Assembly (NCBI GenBank): GCA_048527645.1
Contig: DBGFNI010000014.1
Span: 1-34,996 of the forward strand
Direction of reading: 5' to 3'
DNA from: Eubacteriales bacterium
Lineage (GTDB): Bacteria; Bacillota; Clostridia; Oscillospirales; CAG-272
Length of the DNA stretch: 34,996 bases
A program made the translations under genes and the position numbers. Below the pieces are notes generated by a model. The model ran no database searches and had not been told where the DNA came from. It was given only the letters and a program-made list of their open reading frames with translations. Of the stretch, positions 8,156 through 14,910 are shown one piece after another (the first letter of the stretch is position 1; each line of letters begins with the position of its first letter).

Positions 8156-8184
8156 ATTATAACACATTCCGTTCATTGCGTCAA
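8156..8184 (-). promoter_or_regulatory. Near-consensus sigma-A promoter of the HprK-like/PqqD/S24/CpsBCD operon
   Basis: Minus strand reads TTGACG (8184-8179), a 17-nt spacer, then TATAAT (8161-8156) preceded by TGt (extended -10). The start codon is about 37 nt downstream. Confidence 0.7.
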
Positions 8185-8242
8185 CTATTTGTTCAAAAAA
8201 CAGTCGTTTTTTGCGCGCCTTCCGCCGCTTTTGCCGCGTGAG

Positions 8243-8295
8243 AACCAAAAACCCCGGAGCGCTCCGCAGGTGGGAGACAATCCGGGGATTTTTTT
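8243..8295 (-). terminator. Intrinsic terminator after metH
   Basis: Minus strand has a ccccgga/tccgggg stem (8287-8281 and 8258-8252) followed by TTTTT. It begins about 19 nt after the metH stop. An A/T run is present on both sides. Confidence 0.7.
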
Positions 8296-8313
8296 CGGGA
8301 AGAACAGTCGTAT

Positions 8314-10692
8314 TTACGGCGCGGAGGAGTAATATTGCTCTGCGTAATGCACCGTGTCCATGGCGTCCGGCGCATAGTGATCGGCGTGGATGGCATCGGC
8401 GTATTCCTGATTGAGCACAGCGCCGCCCACTACGATTTTTGCCTCGGGGAAGGTGCGATGCAGCAGCTGCACCGTGCGCTCCATCGCGGGGACGGTGGTG
8501 GTCATCAGAGCGCTTAACCCGATCAGGCGGCAGCCGGTCTTTTGCGCGCAAGCGACAACCGTTTCCGGCGGCACGTCACGCCCCAGATCATGCACGGTAA
8601 AACCGTAGCTTTCCATCAGGACGCGGACAATGTTTTTGCCGATGTCATGAATGTCCCCTTGAACGGTGGCGAGAATCATCTCGCCGCGGGAGGCATGTTC
8701 GTTTTTCGGCATTGCCCGCTTGACGCAGGCAAACGCCTCGCTTGCCGCTTCGGCGGCAAGCAGCAGCTGGGGCAGATAGGCTTTCTTTTCTTCAAATGCC
8801 TTTCCGATGCTGCCAAGCGCCGGGATGATCTGCGTGTTGATCACGTCAAGCGGCGCTTCGGTTTTTAAGAGCTGATCTGCCGCCTGTGCCGCCTGTTGGG
8901 ACAGCCCCCGGATGATGCAATCTGCAAGGGAGGGCGCCGCCGCTTGCTGCGCTGCCGCCGGTGCGGCAGCGGTCTGTCCGTCTGTGTATCGGATATAGTC
9001 ACCGCACGCGGTATCCAGCATGTGCAGAACACGGTATGCGTGGTAGGCGTCAGTCATCGGACGTGAGAGCGGATTGACAATGGCGCAATTCAGACCCGCC
9101 TCCAGTGCGGCGGTGAAGAACGCGGCATTGATTTTTTCACGGCAGGGCAAGCCAAAGGAAATGTTGGACACGCCCAGACTGACGCAAAAGCCGCGCGCTT
9201 TCAGCATACGGACTGCCTCCAGCGTAACCTCGGCGCTGTCGGGCTCCGCGGAGACCGTGAGCGTCAGGGGGTCGATGACCAAATCCTTTTGGGAAATGCC
9301 GTATTGCGCAGCGCACTGTGCGATCCGCTCTGCGATTTGCACGCGCTGCTGCGCGGTTTTGGGGATGCCGCTTTCGTCCATGGTCAGGGCGATCACGGCG
9401 CCGCCGTATTTTTGAACGAGCGGGAACACCGCCCGCATGCTTTTTTCGTCGCCGTTGACGGAGTTGATCAGTGCTTTGCCATTGTAGAGACGCATGGCGT
9501 CTTTCAAAACGTCGGGATCGGAGGAATCCAGCTGCAACGGCAGATCGGTGACTGCCTGCAGGGCAGTTACCGCCCGGCACATCATCTCCCTCTCGTCGAT
9601 TTCCGGCAAGCCGACATTGACATCGAGGATATGCACGCCGCATTCCGCCTGCCGGAGTCCCTCGTTAAGAATATATTGGATATCGCCGTCGCGCAGTGCC
9701 TGCTTGAAGCGGGACTTTCCGGTGGGATTGATGCGCTCGCCGATGAGGACGGGGTCCCGTCCGATTTCGACCGCGTGGGTGTAGGAGGTCACGAGTGTGT
9801 CGGTTTTCGGGGTCGGAATGGTAAAAGGGATGCCGTCTGTCCGCTCCTTTGTTTTGCGGATATAGTCCGGCGTGGTGCCGCAGCAGCCACCCAAAATCGA
9901 GACGCCCATCTGCGCCATCTGTGCCATGGTATCGGCAAAGGCGTCGGCATCCACATCATAGGCGGTGACGCCGTCCCGGACGACGGGCAGCCCCGCGTTG
10001 GGGTTGACGATGACGGGAACAGAGGCATACTGCAACAGCGTGCGCACGACGGGGAGCATTTGCTGCGGCCCGAGCGAGCAGTTGATTCCGAGCGCCGCCA
10101 CGCCCATGCTTTCCAGCATTCCGATCATGGCACGGGGATCTGCACCCGTCATCAGTCTGCCGCTTTGGTCGTAGACATTGGTGACAAAAATGGGCAGATC
10201 GGCATTTTCCTTGGCAGCAAGCACCGCCGCCTTGGTTTCATAGCTGTCATTGAGCGTTTCAATGAGGATCAGATCCACGCCTGCTTTGACAGCGGCGCGG
10301 ACATTTTTTGCATAGAGCGATACGGCGTCCTCAAAGGCAAGGTCGCCTAAGGGATGCAGCAGCCGCCCGGTGGGACCCATGTCAAAGGCGATGAATGTAT
10401 CCGCATCACCGGCGCGCGCGTTTTCAGCACACTGCACGGCGGCGGTGATCATCTGCTCGTAGTTTTCATATTTTTCGGCGTTGATGCCGAAGGTATTTGT
10501 GGTGATGATGTTGCTGCCGGCTTGCAGATAAGCACGGTGCAGCGCGGTGATTTTTTCCGGTTCGGACAGATTCCACATCTCCGGCGGCGTGCCTGCGGGC
10601 AGTCCCATGCTTTGCAGCACGGTGCCGGTGCCGCCGTCAAAAAACAGACGCCGGCTGTGCAGTGCTTGCAGAATCTTGCTATCTTCTTTCAT
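8314..10692 (-). CDS. metH: Methionine synthase core (homocysteine-binding, pterin-binding and B12-binding domains; no activation domain)
   Basis: 792 aa. The N-terminus is a homocysteine S-methyltransferase domain (FDGGTGT, GGCCGTTP), the centre is a pterin-binding TIM barrel, and the C-terminus carries the cobalamin-binding DxHxxG motif (GDIHDIGKNIV) plus SALMTTT. Confidence 0.9.
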   Translation of the reverse strand: MKEDSKILQALHSRRLFFDGGTGTVLQSMGLPAGTPPEMWNLSEPEKITALHRAYLQAGSNIITTNTFGINAEKYENYEQMITAAVQCAENARAGDADTFIAFDMGPTGRLLHPLGDLAFEDAVSLYAKNVRAAVKAGVDLILIETLNDSYETKAAVLAAKENADLPIFVTNVYDQSGRLMTGADPRAMIGMLESMGVAALGINCSLGPQQMLPVVRTLLQYASVPVIVNPNAGLPVVRDGVTAYDVDADAFADTMAQMAQMGVSILGGCCGTTPDYIRKTKERTDGIPFTIPTPKTDTLVTSYTHAVEIGRDPVLIGERINPTGKSRFKQALRDGDIQYILNEGLRQAECGVHILDVNVGLPEIDEREMMCRAVTALQAVTDLPLQLDSSDPDVLKDAMRLYNGKALINSVNGDEKSMRAVFPLVQKYGGAVIALTMDESGIPKTAQQRVQIAERIAQCAAQYGISQKDLVIDPLTLTVSAEPDSAEVTLEAVRMLKARGFCVSLGVSNISFGLPCREKINAAFFTAALEAGLNCAIVNPLSRPMTDAYHAYRVLHMLDTACGDYIRYTDGQTAAAPAAAQQAAAPSLADCIIRGLSQQAAQAADQLLKTEAPLDVINTQIIPALGSIGKAFEEKKAYLPQLLLAAEAASEAFACVKRAMPKNEHASRGEMILATVQGDIHDIGKNIVRVLMESYGFTVHDLGRDVPPETVVACAQKTGCRLIGLSALMTTTVPAMERTVQLLHRTFPEAKIVVGGAVLNQEYADAIHADHYAPDAMDTVHYAEQYYSSAP

Positions 10693-11281
10693 CTTGTTTT
10701 ACCCCCATAACGGCGCTGACGGATTTTGTCGGGACCATGAGCATGCTTTTGGTCAGCGTCAAGCCCAAGAACTTTTGCGCGCCTAAAAATTCCAGCAAGG
10801 CTGGCTGAATCTCCAGAGGGAGACTGCCGTACCCGGGGCTGAAGCGGCGCGTGGTCGGGATGCTTTGCCCAATGCGTGCCTGCATGGCGTCCGCCGCTGC
10901 CTCCACCGCGCTGCTTGCCAAAGCGTCCGTCAGAAACTGTGCGGCGGGAGAGGTCATGGACAGTCGGGTCAAAAGCCGGTCCGTTCCGACGCCGAGCGTC
11001 ACGGCCATGGTGATCGCGTATTCACAGTGCTCCAGCAAACGAACAAGGCTGTCGCAGCGAATCTCGCCGAATCCGATGTCCAGCACCCCCTGCGCCAAGC
11101 GCCGCACAGGCGCACAGCGCCAAACACCCTTTGGCTCCATGACGGCGCGCAGATTGCGCTCCGCTTGCACAAGTCCCGGCAGAGAGGCGGGATCGGCGCC
11201 GCCAAGGCGCGCTTTGGTTTCCGCCGGGGACAGAATCAGCTCGCTTGAAGAAAGGGTGATGATCTGCGTTGAACAGTTCAT
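10679..11281 (-). CDS. Stand-alone methionine synthase activation (AdoMet-binding) domain protein
   Basis: 200 aa. The pattern RFSPGYGSLPLEIQPALLEFLGAQKFLGLTLTKSMLMVPTKSVSAVMG is typical of the vitamin-B12-dependent methionine synthase activation domain. It overlaps the metF stop (ATGA) and the metH start. Confidence 0.8.
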   Translation of the reverse strand: MNCSTQIITLSSSELILSPAETKARLGGADPASLPGLVQAERNLRAVMEPKGVWRCAPVRRLAQGVLDIGFGEIRCDSLVRLLEHCEYAITMAVTLGVGTDRLLTRLSMTSPAAQFLTDALASSAVEAAADAMQARIGQSIPTTRRFSPGYGSLPLEIQPALLEFLGAQKFLGLTLTKSMLMVPTKSVSAVMGVKQDERR

Positions 11282-12138
11282 CGGAGAATCTCCGAGACAT
11301 TGCTGCGGATGGCTGCCGCCACATCCGGGTGATTCATCGAATACACATGCACCGCCTGAATGCCGTTTGCATACAGATCGATAATCTGCTCTGTGGCAAA
11401 GGCGATGCCCGCCTGCTTCATTGCCGCGGGATTGTCACCGTACCGGTCTACCAGCCGCAGAAAGGGCTGGGGCAGGGTGTTGCCGGAAATGGAGCAGATG
11501 CGGCGGATCTGACTTTTGCTGGTGACCGGCATGACGCCTGCGATCACCGGGACGTCAATCCCCGCGCGGTACAGCCGGTACATAAAGTTGTACAGAATAT
11601 TGTTATCAAAAAACATTTGCGTGGTGAGAAATTCGCAACCCGCTTCAACCTTGATCCGCAGACTTTCAATGTCTGCCGTGCTGTTGGCGCTTTCCGGGTG
11701 ATTTTCGGGATAGCAGGCGCCGCCGATGCAAAAGCCGCCGAATGCGCGAATCTCCTCCATCAGCTCACTGGCATAGTGAAAGGCGAGGGTTTCCCGGTCA
11801 TAGCCGGCGGGAATATCGCCGCGCAGCGCAAGGATATTCTCGATTCCGCGTGCGCGCAGATCGCGCAGCAGCTCCCGGATCCGTTCCTTTGTCGCGCCGA
11901 CACAGGTCAGGTGTGCAAGGGGGGTGACGCCCTCCTCCTTTAGACCCGAGGCGATTTCCGCCGTGTATTGCGCGGTGCTGCCGCCGGCGCCGTAGGTGAC
12001 GCTCATATAGGACGGGTGGAGACGGGCGATTTGTTTGGTTGCAGCCCAGACTTCATCAAACAGAGCGGAGGTTTTTGGAGGAAAGACCTCGAAGGACAGC
12101 CCCGGTTTTTCGCTTCGGAGAATATCGGTGATTTTCAT
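11278..12138 (-). CDS. metF: 5,10-methylenetetrahydrofolate reductase
   Basis: 286 aa. Motifs SFEVFPPKT, SVTYGAGGST, HLTCVG and ILALRGD are hallmarks of MetF. Confidence 0.9.
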   Translation of the reverse strand: MKITDILRSEKPGLSFEVFPPKTSALFDEVWAATKQIARLHPSYMSVTYGAGGSTAQYTAEIASGLKEEGVTPLAHLTCVGATKERIRELLRDLRARGIENILALRGDIPAGYDRETLAFHYASELMEEIRAFGGFCIGGACYPENHPESANSTADIESLRIKVEAGCEFLTTQMFFDNNILYNFMYRLYRAGIDVPVIAGVMPVTSKSQIRRICSISGNTLPQPFLRLVDRYGDNPAAMKQAGIAFATEQIIDLYANGIQAVHVYSMNHPDVAAAIRSNVSEILR

Positions 12139-12213
12139 GCATGTTGCTTCCTTTTTTTAATATCGGTGTGGGTGAAAAATCCCGCTGTGCGCATCGGCGC
12201 GGACTCGGTCGGT

Positions 12214-12417
12214 TCAGTCCTGCTTCAGGCCGAACAGCACGCAGCCGTTTTCTTTACATTCGCGGATTTTCCGCTCGATCACGGCGAGCTCGCAGTGAAA
12301 ATGCGCGGCGGTGCAGGCGCGGCACAAAAAGCGCGTCGCGTCCCTGTCGCACAGCTTGCGGTAGATGGAAATATCGTCGTCTTGCAGCGTGGCACCGCAT
12401 TTTTTGCATTGCTGCAT
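12214..12417 (-). CDS. Small Cys-rich (zinc-ribbon-like) protein, function unknown
   Basis: 67 aa with 8 Cys, including CKKC near the N-terminus and CRAC at residues 32-35. Its start overlaps the GH27 stop (TGATG). Third-position GC looks coding-like by eye (not tallied). I read the region for SAM-riboswitch motifs and found none. Confidence 0.55.
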   Translation of the reverse strand: MQQCKKCGATLQDDDISIYRKLCDRDATRFLCRACTAAHFHCELAVIERKIRECKENGCVLFGLKQD

Positions 12418-13550
12418 CAGGCGTCAACCACCTTTGCGCGGAAAAGTCTGAAATCGTGCGGCTGCATATCAAACGCATAAATGTTTTCTTTGACGGTGCA
12501 TTCCTCACCGCTCCAGACATCGCGCAGCAGCAGCGTTTTGCCGGTGCCGAACAGGCCGAAACGGTCCAGCGCGATCTGGTTGGTTGCGCTTGCCCAGGAC
12601 ATTTCATCGGTCAGATTGAACATGCCGATGGCATACTCATTGTTCTCCAGCTTGCGGACATAAATCGGTGTGTTCCGATCGTCGCCGTTGAGGTTGTACG
12701 GTTGGCAGCCGGCGGTATCCTGATCAATGCGCAGAACCTCCGGGTGAGAGAGAATGGCAAGCGTTTGCTCGTCTGCCTGCCTCAGATCGCAGCCGATCAT
12801 CAGAGGCGAGCCGCACAGCGCCCAGGCGGACATGTGCAGGCGGTATTCGTTGTCGGTGCAGCCGTCCATGCCCACATTGCCCCGTCCGCGCATGCCGACG
12901 ATGAGCATGTCCATGTCGGGGAAGCAGTTGATCCCGCCATAGGGAAAGGCGTCCTGCGCCATGCCGACCAGTTCCTTCATATCATACCAGTTGTCATTGA
13001 TATCCCGCGTGGTGCGCCACATATGCGCGCCGGTGGTGCGGATCCATTCCCGCGTGTTGTCCTTACCGGCGGTGCAGGCGCTGAACAGAATATCTCTGCC
13101 GCAGCTTTCCAGCGCCGCGCCCATGCGGCGGAAGAGCAGCGCGCCCTGCTCCGTTCTGGGCATCCAGCAGTAATCGTATTTCAAAAAGTCCACGCCCCAC
13201 GCAGCAAAGGTCTGCGCGTCTGTGAACTCATAGCCGTAGCTGGCGGGATAATTTGCACAGGTTTTATAACCGGCACAGGAATACATGCCGAATTTCAGAC
13301 CCAGGGAATGAATGTAGTCGGAAAGCGCCTTTATCCCGCTTGGAAATTTTGCGGGATCGGCAACGAGATGCCCCTCGGCGTCCCGCTCGCGCAGCGCCCA
13401 GCAGTCGTCGATCACCACATATTCATATCCGCAGTCCTTCAGCCCGGTTTTCACCAGTGCTTCTGCGTTTTCGCGGATGACCTGCTCGTTGACGTCGTGT
13501 CCGATGGTGTTCCATGAGTTCCAGCCCATGGGCGGTTTTGCTACATACAT
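12417..13550 (-). CDS. GH27 alpha-galactosidase (melibiase-type), no signal peptide
   Basis: 377 aa. N-terminus PPMGWNSWN, and YEYVVIDDCW with the catalytic Asp region, are typical of GH27. Confidence 0.9.
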   Translation of the reverse strand: MYVAKPPMGWNSWNTIGHDVNEQVIRENAEALVKTGLKDCGYEYVVIDDCWALRERDAEGHLVADPAKFPSGIKALSDYIHSLGLKFGMYSCAGYKTCANYPASYGYEFTDAQTFAAWGVDFLKYDYCWMPRTEQGALLFRRMGAALESCGRDILFSACTAGKDNTREWIRTTGAHMWRTTRDINDNWYDMKELVGMAQDAFPYGGINCFPDMDMLIVGMRGRGNVGMDGCTDNEYRLHMSAWALCGSPLMIGCDLRQADEQTLAILSHPEVLRIDQDTAGCQPYNLNGDDRNTPIYVRKLENNEYAIGMFNLTDEMSWASATNQIALDRFGLFGTGKTLLLRDVWSGEECTVKENIYAFDMQPHDFRLFRAKVVDA

Positions 13551-13662
13551 TGTTTTCTGCTCTCCTTGCTTGAAAATATGATGAAAGAATGCCTGCGCAC
13601 CCGGCGCTGCCGTGCCGTGCGAAAGGGCATGCGGCGTGCGGCGGGATGCGGAGGGGAAAAAG

Positions 13663-14910
13663 TTATGTACGGGTGTAGTGCGCGGTGATACGGATCAGGG
13701 GATTTTCCGGCGTTTCACCCTCCGTATGTACGGTGATTTTTGCTGTTTTTACAGCGGGAAAGGTGCACACGCGCTTGTGACCGACGGTGCTTGAACGGTA
13801 GATGCACAGCTCCCGCCCGCTGATGAGCGTCAGATGGACGGAAAAGCCGGTGATGTGCTGACTGTCCGTGAGATCCTCCTGCAGAATCAGACCGTCCACC
13901 ATTAGCGGCAAATCCGCGATGAGAACGTAGGTATTTGGCGATCGTTGTTCGGTTCGGAAGGGCAGGGGCGTACCCCATTTTTGCCGCAGCAGGTGCCCGA
14001 AGTACAGCAGACTCTCCGCATCGGGCGCGGGCAGAAGCCCTTGTGCGTTCGGGCCGATGTTGATCAGCATATTTGCCCCTCTGCCCACGCTGTATTCCCA
14101 CAGTCCCAGCAGCTCCTCGGGCGTTTTGACGGTGTCGGCATTGTTGTCGTCAAACCAGGTGCTGCGCATTTTCAGATCACATTCCGCAGGCAAAAAGCGG
14201 ATGTCTTGCAGCTGCTCCAAATCATCGGTCTGCATGGAAAAGGGCAGACGGTCGGTGAGGTTGCAGTTGTCGATCTCCGCATAGCCCTCTTCGTTGCCGC
14301 ACCATCTGGTGTCGGGGTCCCACATGTTGAAAATCAGAATATCCGGCTGCAGGGAACGGATCGTGCGGATGATGCGCGCCCGGTCAAAGACATGCCCCTC
14401 CGCGCCGCAGCCGTCAAACCACAGGTAGTCGATTTTGCCGTATTGCGTCAGCAGTTCCGTGATCTGCGCGATAAAATAGTCGTCGTAATCCGTGCTTTGA
14501 AAATCTGCGTTTTCTTCTCCCCACTGTGCGGGCGAATAATACAGTCCCACGGCAAGGCCGTGCCGCCGGCACGCCTCACAGAACAGCTTGACAACATCCC
14601 CTTTTCCGTCCATCCACGGCGTTTGCCTGACGGTATAGGTGCTGTAGGCGCTCGGCCAATTGCAGAACCCGTCGTGATGCTTGCAGGTCAGCACGGCATA
14701 GCGGCAGCCCGCCTCCTTCACCGTGGCGATCCACCGGTCGGGGTCCAAATCGGCGGGGCAAAAAGCGTCTGCCGGCATCGGACGGTTATCCCAGTCCTGA
14801 TGTCCGGGATAGCAGGAGCGGATGCCGAAATGGAAAAATGCGCCCATTTCCCAGTCCATGAATTGCAGCTGCTTTTCGGTCGGTTTACAGTCGGTGCGGC
14901 GTTCGGTCAC
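13663..14910 (-). CDS. GH29 alpha-L-fucosidase, no signal peptide
   Basis: Motifs GAFFHFG, AGCRYAVLTCKHHDGFCNWPS and YYSP are typical of GH29. I propose the GTG start at 14910, which overlaps the murJ stop (GTGA). Alternative starts are ATG 14991 (85-nt overlap) or the internal ATG at MDWEMG. Confidence 0.85.
   Translation of the reverse strand: MTERRTDCKPTEKQLQFMDWEMGAFFHFGIRSCYPGHQDWDNRPMPADAFCPADLDPDRWIATVKEAGCRYAVLTCKHHDGFCNWPSAYSTYTVRQTPWMDGKGDVVKLFCEACRRHGLAVGLYYSPAQWGEENADFQSTDYDDYFIAQITELLTQYGKIDYLWFDGCGAEGHVFDRARIIRTIRSLQPDILIFNMWDPDTRWCGNEEGYAEIDNCNLTDRLPFSMQTDDLEQLQDIRFLPAECDLKMRSTWFDDNNADTVKTPEELLGLWEYSVGRGANMLINIGPNAQGLLPAPDAESLLYFGHLLRQKWGTPLPFRTEQRSPNTYVLIADLPLMVDGLILQEDLTDSQHITGFSVHLTLISGRELCIYRSSTVGHKRVCTFPAVKTAKITVHTEGETPENPLIRITAHYTRT

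Noticed and set aside
8120-8313. An invertible (phase-variable) promoter, or a small precursor ORF, upstream of the 7-gene operon. This includes a 9-nt direct repeat AACAGTCGT at 8199-8207 and 8303-8311, and an A/T-only palindrome at 8194-8213.
   Set aside because: No long inverted repeats flank the promoter and no recombinase is nearby. A 9-mer repeat at this spacing is expected by chance several times in 35 kb. The only small ORF here (MNGMCYNCIKNL...) is in frame with the HprK-like gene and overlaps the promoter itself.
7310-8551. The 413-aa version of the HprK-like ORF, extending upstream to 8551.
   Set aside because: The extension runs through the consensus promoter (8156-8184), the metH terminator and the 3' end of metH. 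An ATG at 8119 with a GGAGGGA RBS gives a sensible 269-aa protein.
12121-12180. A 10-nt direct repeat AATATCGGTG (12121-12130 and 12159-12168) and a possible gattttc/gaaaatc pairing around the metF start.
   Set aside because: It is short and AT-rich, and the predicted pairing is weak with a loop of about 45 nt. It is within chance expectation and has no supporting terminator or anti-terminator logic.
12139-12420. A SAM (S-box), T-box or B12 riboswitch upstream of metF.
   Set aside because: I wrote out the minus-strand RNA and found none of the conserved S-box, T-box or B12-box cores. The interval is better explained by a 67-aa Cys-rich ORF. A covariance-model scan was not run.
13551-13662. 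A terminator or promoter in the GH29-GH27 gap.
   Set aside because: The GC-rich segment gives only imperfect, ambiguous pairings with no U-tract. I found no -35/-10 pair with acceptable spacing.
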